DNA from: Candidatus Nomurabacteria bacterium
Lineage (GTDB): Bacteria > Patescibacteriota > Patescibacteriia > UBA1558 > GWA2-36-10
Reading direction: 5' to 3'
Length of the DNA: 64,000 bases
Assembly: GCA_020632415.1 (NCBI GenBank)
Contig: JACKFO010000002.1
Location: 514,732 to 578,731, forward strand
In this document: in pieces, positions 19,563 through 29,436 of the stretch
Layout: each line of letters begins with the position of its first letter
Position numbering within the stretch: the stretch's first letter is position 1
Notes under the pieces: model-generated
Told to the model about the DNA's origin: nothing
The model's input: the letters and a program-made list of their open reading frames with translations, nothing else
Databases searched by the model: none
Program-made: the position numbers and the translations under genes

Positions 19563-21974
19563 CTAGATAACGATGCTGATAATTTTATTTTTAACGTAAA
19601 TAAATTTTTTGATTTCTTTACCTTCTGTGCTCTTAAAAATTTTTTCCAAAGCCAAAACTCTTTCTTCTAACTCTTTGCTATTTTCAGTATCCACCGGCAG
19701 CTCGATTGTCTCTCGTAATTTTCCATTGACTTGAATTCCAATTGTCAGATTATCAACTTTTGCTAAATTTTGATCATACTCTGGCCAAGTAGCGTAAGCC
19801 AAGCTTTCTTGATTGCCAAGTAATTGCCAAAGTTCCTCTGCTAGATGTGGAGCAAGCGGTGATAATAATAAAATAATTTTTTGCCAATCCTGAATAGCAA
19901 AATTATCCTGATCAACTTGATTAACAAAAATCATCAGAGTGGAAATCGCTGTATTAAAACGAAAATTTTCTAAATCTTCACTGACCTTTTTGATCGTCTG
20001 ATGAATTAATTTCAAATTTTCTGCTGAACTTTCTGTTTCTTTAACAACAAATTGTAATTGATAAAATTTCTTCAAAAAATTATGAACACCTTTGATGCTC
20101 TCGGTATTCCAAACTTTATCATCCTCAAAGGGCCCCATAAACATTTCGTACAAACGCAAAGTATCAGCGCCATATTCAGCAACAATCTGATCAGGATTGA
20201 TCACATTACCACGTGACTTGGACATTTTCACTCCTCCTTCGCCCAAAATCATTCCTTGATTGACCAGTTTCACAAAAGGCTCTTCAAAAGGCACAACTTT
20301 TAGATCATACAAAAACATATTCCAAAAACGAGCATAAAGTAAATGCAAAACTGCATGCTCTGCTCCGCCAATATATAAATCAACTGGTAAATATTTTTTT
20401 AATTTTTTTGAATCAGCAAAAACTTCCTGATTTTCTGGATCAATGTATCTAAGCCAATACCAAGAAGAACCGGCCCACTGTGGCATGGTATTAGTTTCTC
20501 TTTTGCCTGCTCCGCCACATTTTGGACAACTTGTCTTGACCCAATCTTCAATTTTGACCAAAGGCGATTCTCCAGTGCCTGTTGGCTCATATTTTTCAAC
20601 CTCAGGCAAAACTACTGGCAAATCAATTTCTGGCACTGCTTGAGGTCCACATTTCTGACAATGAATAATTGGGATTGGCTCGCCCCAATATCTTTGGCGT
20701 GAAAAAACCCAATCACGTAATTTGTAATTAATTGCTTTTTGGCCACAATTATTTTTTTCTAGCCAAGTAGTAATTTTTTCTTGTGCCTCAGCTGTTTCTA
20801 AATTATCAAAATCACCAGAATTAATTACTTTTCCGTCAGCTTCAATTGCAGCTAAACTCAAATCTCCTTGAGCAGCAACAACTTGTCTAATTGGTAAATC
20901 AAATTTTTTAGCAAAATCCCAATCTCGTTGATCATGCGCTGGCACAGCCATAATTGCCCCAAAACCATATGAAGCTAAAATATAATCCGCCACAAAAATC
21001 GGCAGAGCTTCTTGATTGACTGGATTTATCGCTGACAAACCATCAAGTCTAACGCCAGTCTTTTCTTTGGCTAAATCTGTGCGCTCTAGCTCTGATTTGT
21101 TTTTAGCAGCCTTGATATATTTTTCTACTTCTGACCAATTGCTAACTTTACTTTGTAAATTTTTTAGCAGCGCATGCTCTGGCGAAATAGCCAAATAAGT
21201 TGCGCCAAACAAAGTATCCGGGCGAGTAGTAAAAACTTTAATTTCTTCTTGACTATCTTTGACTTTAAAAATTACTTCCGCTCCCTCGCTTTTGCCAATC
21301 CAATTTTTTTGTAAAAGTTTAATCTTGTTTGGCCAATCTAAACCATCAATATTTTTTAACAAACGATCAGCGTATTTTGTAATCTTCAACATCCATTGTC
21401 TTAAATCTTTTTTTTCAACTGGAGTTGAGCAACGATCACATTTTCCAGCTACCACTTCTTCGTTGGCCAAACCTGTCTTACAAGATGGACACCAATTAAT
21501 CGGAACAATACTTTCGTAAGCTAAATCATTTTTAAAAAGCTGAACAAAAATCCACTGTGTCCATTGATAATATTTTGGATCAGTAGTGTTAATTTCTCTT
21601 GACCAATCATAAGAAAAGCCTAAAGACTTAATTTGACGACGAAAATTATCAATATTTTTTTCAGTGGTAACTTTTGGCTGAGTTCCAGTCTTGATCGCAT
21701 AATTTTCTGCCGGCAAACCAAAAGCGTCCCAACCCATTGGATGCAAAACTTCAAAACCACGTAAACGATAATAACGAGACATAATATCAGATGCGGTATA
21801 GCCTTCTGGATGGCCAACGTGCAAACCCTCTCCTGAAGGATAAGGAAACATATCTAAAACATATTTCTTTTCTTTTTGAGAATTTTCATTAACTGCAAAA
21901 GTCTGATTTTCCTCCCAATATTTTTGCCATTTTGCTTCGATTTTTTCTGGCTGGTACTTATCGCTCATAAACAA
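19563..21974 (-). CDS. leuS: Leucyl-tRNA synthetase
   Basis: HVGHPEGY (HIGH) and KMSKSRGN (KMSKS) motifs, editing domain, LeuS-specific N-terminus; the true start is probably the third Met (MSDKYQ). Confidence 0.95.
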   Translation of the reverse strand: MFMSDKYQPEKIEAKWQKYWEENQTFAVNENSQKEKKYVLDMFPYPSGEGLHVGHPEGYTASDIMSRYYRLRGFEVLHPMGWDAFGLPAENYAIKTGTQPKVTTEKNIDNFRRQIKSLGFSYDWSREINTTDPKYYQWTQWIFVQLFKNDLAYESIVPINWCPSCKTGLANEEVVAGKCDRCSTPVEKKDLRQWMLKITKYADRLLKNIDGLDWPNKIKLLQKNWIGKSEGAEVIFKVKDSQEEIKVFTTRPDTLFGATYLAISPEHALLKNLQSKVSNWSEVEKYIKAAKNKSELERTDLAKEKTGVRLDGLSAINPVNQEALPIFVADYILASYGFGAIMAVPAHDQRDWDFAKKFDLPIRQVVAAQGDLSLAAIEADGKVINSGDFDNLETAEAQEKITTWLEKNNCGQKAINYKLRDWVFSRQRYWGEPIPIIHCQKCGPQAVPEIDLPVVLPEVEKYEPTGTGESPLVKIEDWVKTSCPKCGGAGKRETNTMPQWAGSSWYWLRYIDPENQEVFADSKKLKKYLPVDLYIGGAEHAVLHLLYARFWNMFLYDLKVVPFEEPFVKLVNQGMILGEGGVKMSKSRGNVINPDQIVAEYGADTLRLYEMFMGPFEDDKVWNTESIKGVHNFLKKFYQLQFVVKETESSAENLKLIHQTIKKVSEDLENFRFNTAISTLMIFVNQVDQDNFAIQDWQKIILLLSPLAPHLAEELWQLLGNQESLAYATWPEYDQNLAKVDNLTIGIQVNGKLRETIELPVDTENSKELEERVLALEKIFKSTEGKEIKKFIYVKNKIISIVI

Positions 21975-22157
21975 GAAATCAAATAATTATAGCCAAATTT
22001 TAACAAAATATCACCAAAAAATCAAACAAAGGTTTTTACTTGAACAAGGATTTTACATTGACAAAAATCTTTTATTTTAGTATGATATCTTTTATAATAC
22101 AGTTATCTTTATTTAAATATTAATCATAACTATATTAGTATTCGAATAAAAAGATTT

Positions 22158-23477
22158 TTGACCAAATCTTTACTGAAAATTATTGATTATATTCTATTAT
22201 TAAAAAAACCCCTGGTGTTCTTAGGGCTTATTTTTTTTAAAAGCTTCAGAGCAAGTTTGAAACTTTTGGTTTTACCTTTTGTTTTGCCAATTTATCGCTT
22301 AATCCTCCGCTCAAAAGTATATTGGCGTAACTTGCGACAAGAAAATGTAGCTTATTTAAAATTTATCAAAAAATATTTACCACGCATCACAATTTTTATT
22401 ATTATCATTGCCGTCACTAGTAATAATCTTTTGGCCAAAACTTATGGCATCGATCAATACACAAATAATAATTTACTACCCGCCTTACTAAGTGACGCTG
22501 AAGCTGATTGGGCCGAGCTAATCGAAGAAGATGCTCTGATGGTCAATGAGCCAATTGCGATGAATCAATTTTCTGAAGAACAAGGAGCTTTAAGAGAAGT
22601 TGTGATTGACACTCCTTTTCCTGAAGAAGTCTATGATTCTGAACAAATCACAAACACCTCGCCAGATGAATCAAGTCTAGTTCAAGTCAGTCCTCAAGAG
22701 ACACAAAACACCAGAACTGAAACTGTAGTTTACACTGTTCAAACTGGCGATGTTCTAGGTAAAATTGCCGAAAAATTTGGACTTTCTACCAATACCATTC
22801 TCTGGGCCAATAATCTCACTTGGAATAGCACTATTAAGCCCGGACAAAAACTCACTATTCTCCCAAGCTCAGGAATCGAACACCAAGTCAAAAGCGGTGA
22901 TACAATTTTAGCTATTGCTAAAAAATATCAAGCAGAGGCTGATAAAATAATTTCTGAAAATAAATTAGCCGATGCTTCTGACATCAAGTCAGGAGACACG
23001 CTCTTTATTCCAAATGGTATTAAACCAACTCAAATTGTCTCTTCTTACCAACCAAAGACTAGTAACAATCCAGTCTATAGTGACGAAAAAGTTGCTCCAG
23101 CTAGTTCTGACTCTGGAACTAAATTACTCTGGCCAGTCTTAAGTCAACGAATTACTCAATACTATAGTTTGGTTCACACTGGCCTGGATATTGGAGATAA
23201 AACTGGCAATCCAATCTACGCTGCGGAAGCTGGAAAAGTTGAAATTGCCGGCTGGAATGCTGGCGGGTATGGAAACTACGTGATCATCAATCACGGTAAT
23301 GGCCTCAAAACTGTCTATGGCCACGCTAGCAAACTCTTGGTCAAAACTGGCGATACTGTTTCTCGTGGAGAAACCATTGCCTTAATCGGCTCCACTGGAC
23401 GTTCTACTGGACCTCATTTACACTTTGAAGTACGTGTCAATAATGTCCGTAAAAATCCATTGAATTATATTAAATAA
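22158..23477 (+). CDS. LysM-domain M23 family metallopeptidase (peptidoglycan DD-endopeptidase-like)
   Basis: N-terminal TM segment; two LysM repeats (TVQTGDVLGKIAEKFG, HQVKSGDTILAIAKKY); M23 motifs HTGLDIG ... HLHFEV. Confidence 0.85.
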   Translation: MTKSLLKIIDYILLLKKPLVFLGLIFFKSFRASLKLLVLPFVLPIYRLILRSKVYWRNLRQENVAYLKFIKKYLPRITIFIIIIAVTSNNLLAKTYGIDQYTNNNLLPALLSDAEADWAELIEEDALMVNEPIAMNQFSEEQGALREVVIDTPFPEEVYDSEQITNTSPDESSLVQVSPQETQNTRTETVVYTVQTGDVLGKIAEKFGLSTNTILWANNLTWNSTIKPGQKLTILPSSGIEHQVKSGDTILAIAKKYQAEADKIISENKLADASDIKSGDTLFIPNGIKPTQIVSSYQPKTSNNPVYSDEKVAPASSDSGTKLLWPVLSQRITQYYSLVHTGLDIGDKTGNPIYAAEAGKVEIAGWNAGGYGNYVIINHGNGLKTVYGHASKLLVKTGDTVSRGETIALIGSTGRSTGPHLHFEVRVNNVRKNPLNYIK

Positions 23478-23485
23478 ACTAATAA

Positions 23486-23519
23486 AAACCCGGCGCGTTT
23501 TTACGCGCCGGGTTTTTTA
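23486..23519. terminator. Bidirectional Rho-independent terminator between convergent genes
   Basis: CCCGGCGCG-loop-CGCGCCGGG perfect stem flanked by A and T tracts. Confidence 0.8.
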
Positions 23520-23530
23520 TTTGTCTAATT

Positions 23531-25255
23531 TTATACCTCTAACAATCCCTCACCATTTGGATTATAACCATTATTAACTTCTTCGCCATCAGAATAACCA
23601 TCACCATCGGTATCTGGATTGTTTGGATCGGTCAACCAAAACATTACTTCCGCGCCATCCAATAAGGTGTCTCCGTCAGTATCTGGATTGTTTGGGTCGG
23701 TAAAATAATCATTAAGCTCTTCACTATCTAATAGCAAATCCTCATCTGCATCTGGCAAAGTTCCACTAATACAATCTGTGCCCGCAAAACCTTCGCAATT
23801 CGTGAACGTTTTATTTTCCAGACAGGCTTCCAGTGCGCAACCCTCTTCTGTACAAGTTACTCCTGAAACATCATCGTTGTACACACAAAATTCAAAATCT
23901 TGTAAGTCTGCACTAGAAAATACAAAATAATTACTCCATTGATAATCATTTTCCAAATCTGGCCAACTAGGAACACCATCTATGCCATCACACATTTTTG
24001 AGCCCACTTGTGGAGGATTGAATTCTTTATTTTCCTGCAAACAAAAATTAACACCAGACTGAAGCTGCGCTAAATTTTCTAAACTAATTACAGAAAATAA
24101 CATTTCCGGCGATAAAATCGGCTCCCAATCGACACTTGGTTCAACAATGCTAACCAAAAACATTCGCTGAAATTCCTCCATGCTAATCGCATTTTCTGGG
24201 GCTAAAATTTCTTGCGCTGCTATATTTTCTAGCATTTGACTAACTAAAAAATTAATTTTTATTTTCTGACCATCCAAAGTTAACTCAAAATCTTCTAAGC
24301 TTAAATCAAAACCGAAAATGTTTTTGTTATTTTGATCCAACCAAAAACTAAAATTAATATTAGATAAAAGTTCTTGAAAATTCTGCCAATTTTCTGGTTT
24401 TTTAGTTTTAAAATCTTCAAAAGATTTTTTTGCTTCTTCGATTTTATTTGTTGCTACAAAACTATTAATGCCAATTATTATAAACTCACTAACATTTTCT
24501 GATTTTAAACTAAAATTTATTTTCTTCAAATCTACTTGTTCGGTTTTTTTATTCTCATGCGGATCACTGATTTTAAGTAATTTTTTATCTTTTAACTCAT
24601 TCAAAAAATTATTAAATTTTAAATTCCATCCTTTCAAATAACTTTGATATTCTACTAGATCTAAGCTTGGCGAAATACTATTTTCCTCTACAAAACCCTG
24701 GTCAATAGCAACCCAAGTATCATTAAAATTAACTGGAAAAAAACTAGCAAATTCTTCTGGAATACTAACTTGCGCGTAAAAGATGCTGTCCACTTTTTTA
24801 TTTTTCAAAGCTAAAGCAAAAGAGTCTTCGCCCGCTGTAAAATCTAAGCCTAGTTGACCCTCAAAATTCTGACCAGAGATCACACTGGAGCCATTAACTT
24901 TAACTCTTAAATTCTGCCCTAAATCAAAGACAAAAGAATCGTTTTTATCTAAACTAGCCAAGGCTAAATCAAAATCATAATTCATCTGGTAATTATCACC
25001 CGGCTCACCCCAAATCCATTGCATGTCTTTGACTAGTAACATCGCCTGACCTTGCGCATAATACCACCAGCCACCAACGCCGACTAAAACCACCACCAAA
25101 ACCATCATAATCCATAACCAAAGTTTTGATTTTTTCTTTGGCTCTGTTGCGGTTGGTAATTTAATCATTGCTGGTGATTCTTCTGATATTTTTGCTGGCT
25201 CAGTTTCAACAACAGCATCTGCTTGTTGTTTTTGATCTTGATTGTACTCTAACAT
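23531..25255 (-). CDS. Membrane-anchored extracellular protein with C-terminal TSP3-like calcium-binding repeats
   Basis: N-terminal TM helix; C-terminal tandem DPNNPDTDGD(T/G) ... GYSDGEEVNNGYNPNGEGLL motifs shared with 25260-26075. Confidence 0.6.
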   Translation of the reverse strand: MLEYNQDQKQQADAVVETEPAKISEESPAMIKLPTATEPKKKSKLWLWIMMVLVVVLVGVGGWWYYAQGQAMLLVKDMQWIWGEPGDNYQMNYDFDLALASLDKNDSFVFDLGQNLRVKVNGSSVISGQNFEGQLGLDFTAGEDSFALALKNKKVDSIFYAQVSIPEEFASFFPVNFNDTWVAIDQGFVEENSISPSLDLVEYQSYLKGWNLKFNNFLNELKDKKLLKISDPHENKKTEQVDLKKINFSLKSENVSEFIIIGINSFVATNKIEEAKKSFEDFKTKKPENWQNFQELLSNINFSFWLDQNNKNIFGFDLSLEDFELTLDGQKIKINFLVSQMLENIAAQEILAPENAISMEEFQRMFLVSIVEPSVDWEPILSPEMLFSVISLENLAQLQSGVNFCLQENKEFNPPQVGSKMCDGIDGVPSWPDLENDYQWSNYFVFSSADLQDFEFCVYNDDVSGVTCTEEGCALEACLENKTFTNCEGFAGTDCISGTLPDADEDLLLDSEELNDYFTDPNNPDTDGDTLLDGAEVMFWLTDPNNPDTDGDGYSDGEEVNNGYNPNGEGLLEV

Positions 25256-25259
25256 AATT

Positions 25260-26075
25260 TTATTCTAAAATTTTCCATTGATTATCTATTTTGATGAAAA
25301 CAAAAGTGCTTTCTTCAGACAATTGCTCATCCAAAAAAATATTTGTCTTAACTTTAACTTTATCATCAGCCAAGTCTTCTTGACTGATAATCTCAAAACT
25401 AACTTCTTTGTTTTGATAATAACTACGCATAAAAGATAGATTGGCCTGACCATCGCTTTGTAATAATTGGTATTCTGGATTTTCTTCAGCTAAAACACTT
25501 AGCCACAAATTTAAATTATTTTGATTAAAAGCCTGAGCCAAAAGATCTAATGTCGCCTGAGGATCGTCAGCGATTAATAAAGAAGAGTCTAACAAACCCT
25601 CGCCAAGTGGATTATAGCCATTATTAACCTCTTCGCCATCAGAATAACCATCACCATCTGTATCTGGATTAGACGGATCACTTAACCAAATGCTTAATTC
25701 ATCTTGATCACTTAAACCGTCTTGGTCAGTATCTATTATTATTTGATTATCATCTGTCTGGTCTGCAGGTTGATCTTCTGCCTGATTAGCTTGATCATTT
25801 GTTTCTTGATCAACTACTTCTTGTTGAGCATTTTGGTTCTCTGGCGTCACCAAAGCTCCTTTTGGTTTCAAAAAATACCAAAGTAAAATTCCCACAGTTG
25901 CTAAAATTAACAAAATCAAGACTGCCCATTGCCACTTTGGTGCGCCTTTTAAGCCACCGGAACTTGGCATTTCTGAAAATTGATCAGTTTCTTCCTCGGT
26001 GAGCTTAGAAGATTCGTTATTTTCTACTGAATTTTCTGCTAAGTCTTTAAAATTGTGAGCATTTTCTTCGGCCAT
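25260..26075 (-). CDS. Membrane-anchored protein with TSP3-like calcium-binding repeats (paralog)
   Basis: TM helix after an acidic N-terminus; DTDQDGLSDQDE and DPSNPDTDGDGYSDGEEVNNGYNPLGEGLL motifs. Confidence 0.6.
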   Translation of the reverse strand: MAEENAHNFKDLAENSVENNESSKLTEEETDQFSEMPSSGGLKGAPKWQWAVLILLILATVGILLWYFLKPKGALVTPENQNAQQEVVDQETNDQANQAEDQPADQTDDNQIIIDTDQDGLSDQDELSIWLSDPSNPDTDGDGYSDGEEVNNGYNPLGEGLLDSSLLIADDPQATLDLLAQAFNQNNLNLWLSVLAEENPEYQLLQSDGQANLSFMRSYYQNKEVSFEIISQEDLADDKVKVKTNIFLDEQLSEESTFVFIKIDNQWKILE

Positions 26076-26116
26076 ATAATTACTCCCTTTAAAATAAAAT
26101 AAATAATCAGCTAAAC

Positions 26117-27070
26117 TTAACCTCTAATTATTAAATAAACAATATAGGCTAAGTACAAAGACAGCATTACTATCCCCTGCCAACGTTGTAAAATATTTTT
26201 TTTACCGACAAACATAAACAAGAATAGCAAGGCTGTAGCTGAAATGACAATATAAATATCTGTATTTAAATTTAAATTAAAAACAATTGGCTTAATAGCC
26301 GCGCTTAATCCCAAGATCCAAAAAACATTAAAAATATTTGAACCAATAATGTTGCCAATCGCGATATCAGGATTATGTCGCCAAGCAGCCATCGCTGAAG
26401 CAGCGAGCTCTGGCAAAGAAGTACCAACAGCCACAATTGTCAAACCAATTAAACTCTCCGACATGCCAAAAAATTTTGCAATTTCAATTGCCCCATCAAC
26501 AATCCATTGCCCGCCAAAGGCTAAGCCTAAAGCGCCAGCAATAATCATCGCAATCGAAGTCCAAACTCCATATTTACGAACATCATCTCCTTCTCCTTCT
26601 ACCTTGGCGATGCCAAAAGTATAATAAAGAAAAATCACAAAAAATGATAATAAAATCAAACCGTCAATACGACTAAGCGCGCTGACATTCTGACCATCGA
26701 TCAAAAAATCATTAGCTAAAAACCATAAAACTATTACCGCCAATAAGCTAAAAGGAATTTCTTTCCAAGTAGTTCCTTTTTTTACCGCCAAGGGAAAAAT
26801 TACCGCTGAAATTCCTAAGATTAATAAAATATTGGAAATATTTGAACCAATAATGTTAGCTACTGCCAAATCTCCACTGCCATTGAAAGAAGCCACTAGA
26901 TTAACAACTAATTCCGGCGCTGAAGTTCCAAAAGAAACAATGGTCAAGCCAATCATTAAATCTGAGACCTTTAGTCTTTTGGCAATTGACGAGGCACCGC
27001 CGACTAACCAATCGGCTCCTTTGATCAAAAAATAAAAGCCAACAAGAAACAAAGATAAGGTAATATACAT
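26117..27070 (-). CDS. Ca2+/Na+ antiporter (CaCA family, YrbG-like)
   Basis: Two alpha-repeats GTSAPELVVNLVA and GTSLPELAASAMAA; about 10 TM helices. Confidence 0.85.
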   Translation of the reverse strand: MYITLSLFLVGFYFLIKGADWLVGGASSIAKRLKVSDLMIGLTIVSFGTSAPELVVNLVASFNGSGDLAVANIIGSNISNILLILGISAVIFPLAVKKGTTWKEIPFSLLAVIVLWFLANDFLIDGQNVSALSRIDGLILLSFFVIFLYYTFGIAKVEGEGDDVRKYGVWTSIAMIIAGALGLAFGGQWIVDGAIEIAKFFGMSESLIGLTIVAVGTSLPELAASAMAAWRHNPDIAIGNIIGSNIFNVFWILGLSAAIKPIVFNLNLNTDIYIVISATALLFLFMFVGKKNILQRWQGIVMLSLYLAYIVYLIIRG

Positions 27071-27177
27071 AAATATTTTTTCTTAAATCTTCTTTATTAT
27101 AACATAAGTTAACTTAAATAAAAAAGTCTTAGTTAAAAAATAACTAGACTTTTTTAAATTTAAATTTTAATAAATAC

Positions 27178-28515
27178 TTAAGCTGTCTGCTTTTCTGATT
27201 TTGCTTGTTTCAAAACTGCTTTTTCAAATAAAATTGCGCCCAAGACAGTTACTAAAATTACAGCTAACAAAGCAGATGAGGCCATGGTTTCATCTAAAGC
27301 GTGGTTAGCAAGAGCTACGGCTACAAAAACCAAGCCAACCTCACCGCGAATCGCCATCGCTAAACCAACAAGTTTGCCATCTTCTTTATTTTTAAATAAA
27401 TATTTAACTAAATATTTACCAAAGAAAGCTAAGATGGTAAACAAAATTGCCCAAAGCCAAACTTTCAGATCAACCAAAGCTGTACGTGGCAACATCGTTC
27501 CAATGCTAACCAAAAATCCACCAACAAAAATGTGCATATAGCCTTCAATTTTTTCCCAAGCGCTATGTTTGATTTCATTGTCTACTTTAGATAAAACTAC
27601 GCCAATACCAAAAGCTCCCAAGACTGGTTCTAAACCAAGCACTGCAGCCAATGAAGCGCCAATCATTAACATGCCAAAAAAGAAACGAGTGAAAATTCCA
27701 GTACTATTTTCTGAATAACTTCTATTTAAATAAGCAGCAATTTTTTCGGCTACTCCCCATTGCCATAAAACATAAGTACCAACTAAGAAAACCATCACGC
27801 CAATTGCCAAAGCTAAATACGGATTCATCGCGGCATGTTCTACTACCTCTGTAGCATGACCAACTACCTCTTCGCTACTAGCAGTACTAGCAACTTTGGA
27901 TAATACAGTCAAAATAATTACTCCCAAAATATCATCAATTACTGCTGCACCAACAATTTGATTGCCTAGATTGGTCTCTAATCTACCAGCGCGCTTCAAA
28001 GCTTCTACTGACAGACCAACTGAAGTGGCAGTAAAAACACCTCCTAAAAAAATACTAGCTACTAATGGCAAATGAATTAAATAATAACCCAAAGCTGTAA
28101 AAGTGATTAAAGGAATTAAAACTCCGCAAAAAGCCACTAAAGTTGCAATGCCAATATTTTTCTTCAACAATTCCATGTCAAAGTGCAAACCAGCTTCAAA
28201 CAAAATAAATAACACGCCTGCAAGTCTCGCCAACTCGACTCCTTCTGAATAAGGATTTAAAACACCTAAAACCGCTGGACCAGCGATAATACCCATGATG
28301 ATCTTACCGGCCATTGGAGCTATTCCTAAAGCTTTGGCCATCCTTCCGCCAAAAGAAGCAAACAAGGCCAAGAAGGCAATGTCAATCAACATTGGTAAAT
28401 AAGTGTTAATTTCCAAATGATGACTTAAGGCTAATTTCCCTTTAATAAAATACAAAATAACAGAAATAACTGCTACCTCCAAAACAAAAAGTAGGAGTGA
28501 TTTTATTTTTTTCAT
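27178..28515 (-). CDS. Monovalent cation:proton antiporter (CPA2 / Kef-NapA-type Na+/H+ exchanger)
   Basis: 445 aa, 12-13 TM helices, Na_H_exchanger-like core. Confidence 0.7.
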   Translation of the reverse strand: MKKIKSLLLFVLEVAVISVILYFIKGKLALSHHLEINTYLPMLIDIAFLALFASFGGRMAKALGIAPMAGKIIMGIIAGPAVLGVLNPYSEGVELARLAGVLFILFEAGLHFDMELLKKNIGIATLVAFCGVLIPLITFTALGYYLIHLPLVASIFLGGVFTATSVGLSVEALKRAGRLETNLGNQIVGAAVIDDILGVIILTVLSKVASTASSEEVVGHATEVVEHAAMNPYLALAIGVMVFLVGTYVLWQWGVAEKIAAYLNRSYSENSTGIFTRFFFGMLMIGASLAAVLGLEPVLGAFGIGVVLSKVDNEIKHSAWEKIEGYMHIFVGGFLVSIGTMLPRTALVDLKVWLWAILFTILAFFGKYLVKYLFKNKEDGKLVGLAMAIRGEVGLVFVAVALANHALDETMASSALLAVILVTVLGAILFEKAVLKQAKSEKQTA

Positions 28516-28598
28516 AAAAATTTCTTTTTTTCTTAATAATTAAAAAATAGGATGCCAACAGTATATCCTATTTCAAAAATATTTTCAAGATAAAAAAA

Positions 28599-28817
28599 TT
28601 AATGCTTCAATTCCTTTAAATCTTTATCTGGGGCAAATAAAATAAACAAGCCTAAAAAAATGCCTCCCACAGAAGTCCATAAGGTGTTTTCAGCAAAAAC
28701 AATCAAATCAACTAAATCTAATAAATGCCAAATCCCTCGCCAAATAAGAATAATGCCAGTGGCTGTGATTAAATTTTCTAAAAAATAAGAGATACTTAAA
28801 TTTTTTATTTTTTTCAT
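28599..28817 (-). CDS. Small membrane protein (72 aa, 2 TM helices)
   Basis: ORF with two hydrophobic helices just upstream of tRNA-Ala; weak support. Confidence 0.35.
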   Translation of the reverse strand: MKKIKNLSISYFLENLITATGIILIWRGIWHLLDLVDLIVFAENTLWTSVGGIFLGLFILFAPDKDLKELKH

Positions 28818-28837
28818 AAAAAAATCGATAATTATTT

Positions 28838-28914
28838 TGGTGGACTGTGCGGGAATCGAACCCGCGACCTCTGCAATGCGAATGCAACGCTCTAGCCAAC
28901 TGAGCTAACAGCCC
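28838..28914 (-). tRNA. tRNA-Ala (anticodon CGC), 3' CCA encoded
   Basis: Cloverleaf folded by hand: acceptor GGGCTGT/ACAGTCC with a G3:U70 pair, anticodon loop TTCGCAT, T-loop TTCGATT. Confidence 0.85.
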
Positions 28915-29019
28915 CTAAGTACTCAAAGATGATAATTTAAATCAGAAAAAAAGACAATAGTTAAAATAAAAATCATCTTGTTAAAAAACAAGAAGATTTT
29001 TATTTCGTGAAATTTTAAA

Positions 29020-29226
29020 TTATTTTTTAGATAATTTACCAACCACGAAAAGGAGATACAAACCTGACAAACCGACCAAATCATAGACAATGCGTGAAAG
29101 CATTGACATGTCGCCAAAAATTGTAGCAACTAAGTCAAACTTGAAAAAGCCGACTAGGCCCCAATTTAATCCCCCTACGATGACTAGGACTAAAGCGACC
29201 CAGTCTAAGGCACTTAATTTATTCAT
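29020..29226 (-). CDS. DUF378-family small membrane protein
   Basis: 68 aa with the ALDW...GGLNWGLVGFF...FGDMS pattern characteristic of DUF378. Confidence 0.6.
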   Translation of the reverse strand: MNKLSALDWVALVLVIVGGLNWGLVGFFKFDLVATIFGDMSMLSRIVYDLVGLSGLYLLFVVGKLSKK

Positions 29227-29295
29227 AGGCGTATTTTATTTTTTGATTAGAAAAATCGACCTATATTTATTATAACATAAAATAACAAAAAAATC

Positions 29296-29372
29296 TGGTC
29301 GGAGTGGTGGGACTTGAACCCACGACCTCATCGTCCCGAACGACGCGCGCTAGCCAACTGCGCCACACCCCG
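29296..29372 (-). tRNA. tRNA-Pro (anticodon CGG), CCA encoded
   Basis: Acceptor CGGGGTG/CACTCCG with a C1:G72 pair typical of bacterial tRNA-Pro; anticodon loop TTCGGGA; T-loop TTCAAGT. Confidence 0.85.
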
Positions 29373-29436
29373 AAAAATATAACATCGACATTATAAGATA
29401 AAAAACAAGCCCCTACAAGAGGCTTTGTTTAAACAA

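Noticed and set aside
19563-21974. Internal and antisense ORFs within leuS (20399-20599, 20443-20643, 21016-21198, 21259-21519, 21620-21817)
   Set aside because: leuS is unambiguous (HIGH and KMSKS motifs) and covers the region.
28838-28915. The extra G preceding the tRNA at 28915 suggested tRNA-His (G-1)
   Set aside because: The anticodon is CGC and the acceptor stem carries G3:U70, both alanine identity elements. The 7-bp acceptor stem only forms when the extra G is excluded.
28708-29129. ORFs 28708-28899 and 28923-29129 on the minus strand
   Set aside because: They overlap the tRNA-Ala gene or have a low-complexity AT-rich translation (e.g. MARALHSHCRGRGFDSR reads through the tRNA); judged spurious.
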